Assembly (NCBI GenBank): GCA_963727485.1
Contig: CAVSGM010000002.1
Location: 1,312,001-1,376,000, forward strand
DNA from: an uncultured delta proteobacterium
Lineage (GTDB): Bacteria > Myxococcota > Myxococcia > SLRQ01
Length of the DNA stretch: 64,000 nucleotides
Direction: 5' to 3'
Position numbers and translations under genes: made by a program. Position 1 is the stretch's first letter; the number at the start of each line of letters is the position of its first letter. The notes below the pieces were generated by a model. It ran no database searches. It saw nothing but the letters and a program-made list of their open reading frames with translations, and was not told where the DNA came from. Positions 57,568-64,000 of this stretch are shown here, piece by piece.

Positions 57568-58659
57568 ATGATCGACAAACCGCCTGCCCCGCCCGTGCTC
57601 GGCAATCGGATCATCACCCTCGAGCGTCACATCCTCGATCACCAGCGCGAGGTCCCCGGCGCCACCGGCGCCTTCAGCCAGCTCCTCTCTTCCATCGCGC
57701 TCGCGGCGAAGGTGATCACCCGGGAGGTCCGCCGCGCCGGGCTCGTCGACATCCTCGGGCTCACCGGCGACACCAACATCCAGGGCGAGAAGGTCACCAA
57801 GCTCGACGAGTACGCCCACAACCTGATGGTGCGGATGCTCGGCCGCTCCGGCGAGGTGTGCGGGATGGCCAGCGAGGAGGCCGACGGGTTCATCCCGGTG
57901 GAGGCCCACCCGGACGCCCGGTACCTCGTCGCCTTCAATCCCCTCGACGGCAGCAGCAACATCGACGCCAACGCCTCCATCGGGACCATCTTCGGCATCT
58001 GGCGCCGGGAGGGCGACGGGGGCCCGGCGACGGCGGGCGACCTCCTCCAGCCGGGGACCCGCCTGGTGGGCGCGGGCTACGTGGTCTACGGCTCGTCGAC
58101 CATCTTCGTCTACTCCACCGGCGCCGGGGTCCACGGCTTCACCCTCGACCCCTCCATCGGCGAGTTCCTCCTCTCGCACCGGGACATCCGCATCCCCGAG
58201 CGGGGGAAGATCTTCTCGGTGAACGAGGGCAACACCGCCGCCTGGTCCGAGGGCGTGCGCCAGTACGTCGCCCACCTCAAGGGCCGGGACAACGCCCTGG
58301 GCAAGCCCTACTCGGCCCGGTACATCGGCTCCCTGGTCGCCGACTTCCACCGGAACCTGGTCTACGGCGGGGTGTTCATGTACCCGGCGACCCGGGAGAA
58401 GCCCGGCGGCAAGCTGCGCCTGCTCTTCGAGGCGGCGCCGCTGTCCTACCTCTGCGAGCAGGCCGGCGGCGGGGCCAGCGACGGCACCCGGCGCATCCTC
58501 GAGGTCGAGCCGGCCAAGCTCCATCAGCGGGTGCCCCTCTTCGTCGGCAGCCGTCTCGACGTGGAGGAGGCGGCGGCGTTCGTCTCCGGTCGCGCCCGGA
58601 CCCCGGCGCGGCGGGACCGCCCCCGGGCCTCCGTCGCCGACACCAGCCCCCGGGCCTGA
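57568..58659 (+). CDS. fbp: Class 1 fructose-1,6-bisphosphatase
   Basis: NIQGE.V.KLD, SEE, (N)PLDGSSNID, RYIGSLVADFHR, GKLRLLFE..P. Confidence 0.93.
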   Translation: MIDKPPAPPVLGNRIITLERHILDHQREVPGATGAFSQLLSSIALAAKVITREVRRAGLVDILGLTGDTNIQGEKVTKLDEYAHNLMVRMLGRSGEVCGMASEEADGFIPVEAHPDARYLVAFNPLDGSSNIDANASIGTIFGIWRREGDGGPATAGDLLQPGTRLVGAGYVVYGSSTIFVYSTGAGVHGFTLDPSIGEFLLSHRDIRIPERGKIFSVNEGNTAAWSEGVRQYVAHLKGRDNALGKPYSARYIGSLVADFHRNLVYGGVFMYPATREKPGGKLRLLFEAAPLSYLCEQAGGGASDGTRRILEVEPAKLHQRVPLFVGSRLDVEEAAAFVSGRARTPARRDRPRASVADTSPRA

Positions 58660-58782
58660 CCGCGGCCCGCCGACACCCGGGCGTTTCTTGACCCCGGGCC
58701 CCGAATCCCACGGACAATCCCCGGACGACGCGGGGGGGCCCCGTTTTCGGGACCTCCTCGCCCGCACCTCGGGGACACGCGC

Positions 58783-59774
58783 GTGCCGACCTACAACTTC
58801 AAGGACCGGGAGCTGACGGCGAAGATCGTCTACTACGGCCCCGGCATGTGCGGAAAGACGACCAACCTCCAGAAGGTCCACGAGAAGATGCGTGGGGACC
58901 TGCGGGGGAAGCTGGTCAGCATCGCCACCGAGACCGACCGGACCATCTACTTCGACCTGCTCCCCATGAACCTGGGGAAGATCGCGGGGATGACCTTCAC
59001 GGTCCGGGTGTTCACCGTCCCCGGCCAGAATCTACTACGCCGAGACGAGGCGGCTGGTGCTCCAGGGGGCCGACGGGATCGTCTTCGTCGCCGACAGCGG
59101 CCAGGACAAGCTCGCCGAGAACATCGAGTCCCTCAAGGACCTCAAGAAGAACCTCCAGGCCAACAAGCTCGACTACGGCGCCATCCCCCTCATCCTCCAG
59201 TGGAACAAGCGCGACCTCCCCGGGGCCCTGCCGGTGGGCGCGCTGAACCGGGCGCTCAACGACCGCAACGCCAAGGCCTTCGAGGCCATCGCCATGAACG
59301 GCGATGGAGTCCTGGAGACCCTCCGGGCGGTCACCGTCGAGGTGTTCAACAAGAATCAAGAACGGGATGGCCCAGGGCCGCTCCGCCCCCAGCGGCGCCC
59401 CCGCCGCGGCGCCGGCGCCGGCGCCCGCCGCCCCCGCGCCCCGGGCCGCGGCGCCCCAGCCGGCGCGGCAGGCCCCGGCGGCCCGCGGCGCCCCCAACGG
59501 CGCGGCCCCCACCAAGGCCCCCCCGCCCGCCGCCGCCCACCACGCGGCGACGCCCCTCACCGACCTCGACGGCCCCCCCGCCGGCGACCCGGACGATCCC
59601 GAGACCCTGCGCAAGCAGATCGCCTTTGCCGAGTTCCAGAACCTGGCGGTGATGCACCACAAGCTGGTGGAGCGGGTGGCCCTCCTGGAGAAGGAGGTCT
59701 TCCGCCTGCGCCGGGACCTGAAGGCCGCCGGCGTCGGCGCCGCCAAGCCGGCCGCGGGGCGGACCAAGAAGTAG
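58783..59774 (+). CDS. Second MglA-family GTPase with Pro/Ala linker and C-terminal coiled coil (frameshifts ~59030 and ~59355)
   Basis: KIVYYGPGMCGKTTNL; ATETDRTIYFD; FTVPGQ; DGIVFVADS; WNKRD. Confidence 0.82.
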
Positions 59775-59847
59775 CGGGGCCGGGGTGCCACCGGTCGATT
59801 GACCGAGGGACGCGGGCCGGGAGGCTGCGCTAGGATCATCCTCGCAG

Positions 59848-60606
59848 ATGCCCGGCGAGACCCCCGCACCGCTCCTGGCCCCCAATCCGGTCACCGAGCC
59901 CGCCTTCACGCCGGGTGACGCCGGGGACGCGCGCCTCGAGATCTTCATCGCCCGCCACCGTGGCCGCCCCGACGTCTACTGGTGGCTCCTCGGCGTGGTC
60001 GGGTCGGTGGGCTGGATCGGCTTCGCGGCCACTGCCGCCTGGTTCGTCGTCGACGGGCACCGGCGCAACGTCTACGACCCGTACGCCTACCCGGCCCTGG
60101 CCTTCGCCGTGATCAGCCACCTCGGCTACCTCTTCCGGCGCCGGTGGAGCCGGGTGGCCGTGCTCTTCCCCTACCTGCTGGTCACCGCGAGCGACGCCTA
60201 CATCGGCTGGATGTCCGCCCGGGATTTTGGGCCGCCCGCCCCCTATCCGGATCCCTTCGGCCCGATCCGGGAGGCGATCTTCGTCGCCCTCTTCGTCGGG
60301 CCGGCGGTCCTCGCCCTCATCAGCCCGCTGAACCGCCTCGCCTTCGGCCTCGAGGTCCCCCGCGACCGCCTCGAGGCCGCCCGGGTCACCTACCAGCGCA
60401 ACCGCCTCGCCGTGGTGGCGGCGGTGCTCTCCTTCGCCCTCGCCGCCGTCCCCCTGGGCTTCATCCTCGCGCTGCCGGTGACGGTGACCGCGTGGTGGCG
60501 CAGCCAGGTGCACGGGGCCGGCCATCCGCGGGTGGCCCGGGTGGCGCTGGCGCTGAGCGGGGTGGGCCTCCTGTGGACGGTGGCCTTCTTCGCCTTCGTG
60601 TCGTGA
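59848..60606 (+). CDS. Hypothetical polytopic membrane protein
   Basis: About 6 hydrophobic segments, GC3-rich codons. Confidence 0.7.
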   Translation: MPGETPAPLLAPNPVTEPAFTPGDAGDARLEIFIARHRGRPDVYWWLLGVVGSVGWIGFAATAAWFVVDGHRRNVYDPYAYPALAFAVISHLGYLFRRRWSRVAVLFPYLLVTASDAYIGWMSARDFGPPAPYPDPFGPIREAIFVALFVGPAVLALISPLNRLAFGLEVPRDRLEAARVTYQRNRLAVVAAVLSFALAAVPLGFILALPVTVTAWWRSQVHGAGHPRVARVALALSGVGLLWTVAFFAFVS

Positions 60607-60684
60607 CCGGGACCCCGCCAGCGCCGGCAACCTGTGCGAGGCCGGCCTGGGCCGCGTTGATCCTGTGCTTCGTCGGGTTCGGGA

Positions 60685-61654
60685 TCACCGCTCTGGCGGT
60701 GGCCCTGCGGTTCCAGCAGACCGGCCGGCTGATCCGACGCCCGCCGGCGCGGCGTCGGCCCGGCGGGCCACGTCGCGGATGGCCGAGGCGATGACGTGGG
60801 GCACCTCCTCCTGGAGAAAGTGCCCGGCGTCGGTGAGGGTCATCGGCGCGTCCGGGAGCGTCCGCTGGGCGCGCCGGGCCAGCCGCCCGAGGATCGGATC
60901 GCGCCGCCCCCACACCAGGGCCGCCGGGCCGGCGAAGGCCTCGAGGTAGCCCTGCACCCCCTCGAGATCCGGCACCGAGGGGTGGTCCGGCCCGTCGGGG
61001 ACCATCCGCGCCAGGGCCAGCGGCGCCGCGTTCGCCGCCAGACCCTTGAGCGGCAGGCGGTAGGCCCGGGCCACCTCGCCGGCGATGGACGACCGGTCGC
61101 CCTGGGCGATGGCGAGGAGGTTCTGGGGGAAGCCGAGGAGGCGGAAGACCAGGTCGCTGACCCCGGGCAGCCGCGCCAGGCGGTGGAAGGCGGTGGGCTT
61201 GAACCCGGGCTTCGGGGGGCCGACGGCGGTGTTCATCAGCACCAGGCCGGCGACCCGCGAGGGGACGTCGGCGACCGCGCGCACGGCGATGGGCCCGCCC
61301 CAGTCCTGGCCCACCACGATGAGGTCCGTGAGGTCGAGGCCGGTCACCAGGCCCCGGATCCAGGCGGCGTGGTTCGCCAGGGTGTGGACCGCCGGGATCG
61401 AGCGGGTGGTCGGAGAAGCCGAGGCCCACCAGGTCCGGGACCACCAGGCGCAGGCCCGCCCCGGCCAGCGCCCGGGCGACCTTCCGGTAGAGGAAGCCCC
61501 AGGTGGGGTTGCCGTGGAGGAGGAGCACCGGGCGGCCGGCGCCGGACTCCATCACGTGGAGGCGCTGGCCGAGGACCTCCACCCGGTAGCGGCGGTCGAA
61601 GGGCAGGAGGGCCTCGAGCCAGGGGGGCAGCGGCGGTGGGGGCAGGGTCTTCAT
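60685..61654 (-). CDS. Haloalkane dehalogenase/OleB-like alpha/beta hydrolase (frameshift ~61395)
   Basis: LLHGNPTWGFLYR; PDLVGLGFSD; QDWGG nucleophile; AGHFLQEE. Confidence 0.85.
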
Positions 61655-61711
61655 CGGGGCCCGAGTGTAGGCGTCCCGGGCCCGGCGCGCATCGGGAGCG
61701 GGCCCGGGGCG

Positions 61712-62413
61712 CTAGTTCGCCGGGCCGTGGCCGCGGCGGCAGGCCGGGTCGACCTTGAGGCAGACCTCGGCGACCTCGCTGACCACCCGCTGGAGGCGAC
61801 GGGTGACATTGGTCTCCTCGAGGATCTGCTGGCGGCGGAGGGGATTGGGGATGAGGCGGCAGGCGAGCTGGTCGGCGAGCTCGGCGGCCCCGCCGACGGT
61901 GTGGAGCAGGCGGCCGAGCGGCGCCTTGACGTCGGGGACCGCGTCGGCGAGGCGCAGCGCCAGCTTCTTGAGGGTCTGGCAGGCCTCGTTGTCGCAGGTG
62001 TCCGGGTCCAGCAGGGCCCCGGGGACGGGGCGGGCGGCGTCGAGGCGGGCGACCTGGAAGCGGCGGAACGCGGTGTCCGGGGGCAGCTCCTGGACCACCT
62101 TCACCCGGTCGGTGCCCCGGAGGAGGATGTTCCACCGGCCGTCGGGGAGGCGCTCCTCGTCGACGATGACCCCGGCGCCCAGCACCTCGAAGATCGGCGG
62201 CCGGCCGTCGTAGTCGGCCTCGTAGCCGGGCTTGAGCAGCGCCACGCCGAGGGCACGGTCGGTCTCGAGGCAGTGCTCGACCAGCGCCCGGTAGCGGGGC
62301 TCGAAGACGTGGAGGGGCAGCTCGGTCCCCGGGAAGAACACGGTCGCCGGCAGGGGGAAGACCGGGAGCCGATCGAGGACCGGGTCCTCGAGGAAGTGGG
62401 CCAACTCCGTCAT
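61712..62413 (-). CDS. LON peptidase substrate-binding (N-terminal) domain protein
   Basis: LPVFPL...FFPG..LPLHVFEPRYR.LV; DGR.NI...G..R; RQ.ILE. Confidence 0.9.
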   Translation of the reverse strand: MTELAHFLEDPVLDRLPVFPLPATVFFPGTELPLHVFEPRYRALVEHCLETDRALGVALLKPGYEADYDGRPPIFEVLGAGVIVDEERLPDGRWNILLRGTDRVKVVQELPPDTAFRRFQVARLDAARPVPGALLDPDTCDNEACQTLKKLALRLADAVPDVKAPLGRLLHTVGGAAELADQLACRLIPNPLRRQQILEETNVTRRLQRVVSEVAEVCLKVDPACRRGHGPAN

Positions 62414-62511
62414 GGGCCGAGAGTCTAGGCCGAGCCCGGAAAACAGCCACTTTACACGGGGGTGGGGCGTTCCCCGGGGGGCGGGACGGGCGGCCCGGCG
62501 CCGGGGCCGGG

Positions 62512-63495
62512 TCAGGCGTAGGCGGCGAGGCGGCGGCGGGCGGTCTCGGCGACCCGGGCCCGCAGGGCGCTGGGGGCCAGGACCTCACCGTCGGCGCCGA
62601 GGGCGAGGACGAGCCCCTCCACCCACTCCCAGCTCGGGGCGTCGAGGCGGACCTCCACCGCGCCGCCGGCCGCGTCGGTCACCTGGGCGTCCTCGAAGCG
62701 CTCGCGCACCCACCGGGCCCGGGCCGGGCCGACCCGGAGGCGCACCGTGGCCTCGCCGGCGCGCTGGAGGAAGCGGGTGCGCCGGAGCCGGTCGAGGTCG
62801 AGGCTCGCCGGCGCCTCGTAGGCCCCGGCGGCGCCGACGAGGCGCGCCTCGCGGACCCGGTCGAAGCGGTAGAGCTTGGGGCCCTCGGCGCCGTCGGGCC
62901 CGGCGACCAGGTACCAGTAGCCCCGGTGCGCCAGGATCCCGTAGGGCTCCACCGTGCGCTCGCCGAAGGCCCCGGAGTGGGCCGAGTAGTAGGTCATGGC
63001 GACGCGCTGCCTGGCCTCCACCGCCCGGCGGAGCACCGCGTGGACGTCCCCCTCGGCGGTGGGATCGCCCCCGAGGACGATGCGGCCCTCGAGGGCCCGG
63101 TAGCGCTCGCGCTCGGCGGGGGTGAGGGCGGCCTCGAGCTTGGCCAGGACCCCCCGGAGCGCCGCGCCCCAGTCGCCGGTCTCGCCCCCGAGCAGGCTCT
63201 GGGCGCCCACCGCCAGGGCCAACGCCTCGTCGTGGGTGAGCCTCGGCGGGCGGGTCAGCGACTGGGCCAGGGCCACGTGGACCCGGTCGCCGTCGACGTA
63301 GACGTCCAGGAAGTCGGCGGGGCTGAACGGCGGCTTGCCCACCAGCAGCAGGAAGTCGATCTCCGCCAGGACCTCGTCGGGGCTGACCCCGAGGCGCTCG
63401 GCGAGCTCGTCCACCGGGATCCCGTCCTCGGCGCGGGCGGCGGCCGGGACCAGGAGGAGCAGCCGGCGGATGCGCTCGGGGACCGGGACGCTCAC
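62512..63495 (-). CDS. WYL-domain transcriptional regulator, PafC-like
   Basis: N-terminal wHTH (DELAERLGV), RPPRLT.DEA.AL, RTVEPY......WYL....YRFDRV, WCX-like tail. Confidence 0.88.
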   Translation of the reverse strand: MSVPVPERIRRLLLLVPAAARAEDGIPVDELAERLGVSPDEVLAEIDFLLLVGKPPFSPADFLDVYVDGDRVHVALAQSLTRPPRLTHDEALALAVGAQSLLGGETGDWGAALRGVLAKLEAALTPAERERYRALEGRIVLGGDPTAEGDVHAVLRRAVEARQRVAMTYYSAHSGAFGERTVEPYGILAHRGYWYLVAGPDGAEGPKLYRFDRVREARLVGAAGAYEAPASLDLDRLRRTRFLQRAGEATVRLRVGPARARWVRERFEDAQVTDAAGGAVEVRLDAPSWEWVEGLVLALGADGEVLAPSALRARVAETARRRLAAYA

Positions 63496-64000
63496 GCCGC
63501 GTCCTCCACCGCGGACCGGGCGAGCGCCCCCTCGAGGCGGGCGACGATCCGGGCCCGGGCGTCGTCGGGGCCGGCGATCACCGCCCCCTCGCCGAGGCCG
63601 AGGACGTGGGAGACCAGGGCGTCGAGGTGGCGCACCGGGACCGCCACCGTGGCCGAGCCGTCCGCCTCGGGGGAGACCCGGGCGCGGTCGCCGAAGAGGG
63701 CCCGGGCGGAGAAGGCCAGGTGGGGGGCGAGGCGCACGGTCACCTCCCGGGGCGGCTCCAGGGCCACCTCCCAGGGGCGTTGCCGGGCGAGGGCCGGGAG
63801 GTCGAGGTCCGCCGGGAGGTCGTAGTCGGCCTGCCGGGGCTTGGCGGGGTTCACGGCCAGGGCGGCGATGCGGTCGAGGTGGAAGGTGCGCGGGGCGCCG
63901 CGGAGGTGGCAGTGCCCGTGGAGGCACCAGGTGCCGTCCCGGAGGAAGAGGCCCCAGGGATCGACGTCGCGCTCGGTGGCCTCGTCCCGGTAGAGGCCCC
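63492..64000 (-). CDS. WYL-domain regulator, PafB-like (C-terminal part; 5' end outside the window)
   Basis: RDVDPWGL...GTWCLHGHCHLR...RTFHLDRI; WCX-like tail; GTGA overlap with the PafC-like gene. Confidence 0.85.
   Translation of the reverse strand, partial: GLYRDEATERDVDPWGLFLRDGTWCLHGHCHLRGAPRTFHLDRIAALAVNPAKPRQADYDLPADLDLPALARQRPWEVALEPPREVTVRLAPHLAFSARALFGDRARVSPEADGSATVAVPVRHLDALVSHVLGLGEGAVIAGPDDARARIVARLEGALARSAVEDAA

Overview
Very GC-rich bacterial DNA, most consistent with a Myxococcota-like (deltaproteobacterial) genome: it carries an Anaeromyxobacter-type globin-coupled kinase, MglA-family GTPases and an RpoH-like sigma factor. About 15 isolated single-base frameshifts look like uncorrected assembly indels. 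The centre (~22-45 kb) is a low-oxygen respiration island. It holds a four-gene porin-cytochrome operon (OmcA/MtrC-type decaheme lipoprotein, 13-heme CxxxxCH/CxxCH lipoprotein, putative beta-barrel, 13-heme periplasmic cytochrome; 36 heme motifs, no mtrA/mtrB), a NapC/NirT tetraheme and a monoheme cytochrome c. It also holds a globin-coupled O2-sensor kinase with a two-receiver regulator and a hybrid kinase, a sigma54 activator, three USP and three CBS genes, and hemN. Reading the intergenic DNA shows sigma54 (-24/-12) promoters together with a recurring CGCA-N5-TGCG palindrome upstream of these operons and of the [NiFe]-hydrogenase at the left edge, suggesting one regulon that couples H2 oxidation to extracellular electron transfer. 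Other notable items: a tandem array of five diversified TM + Zn-ribbon paralogs of no family I recognise (9.9-13.4 kb), a hicB-hicA pair split by a lower-GC HTH insert with repeats, many apparently leaderless genes, two unannotated small ORFs, an unexplained ~69-bp direct repeat, two orphan MglA paralogs and a PafBC-like WYL pair. No rRNA, tRNA, CRISPR array or transposase was seen. All family calls come from motif recognition, not database searches.
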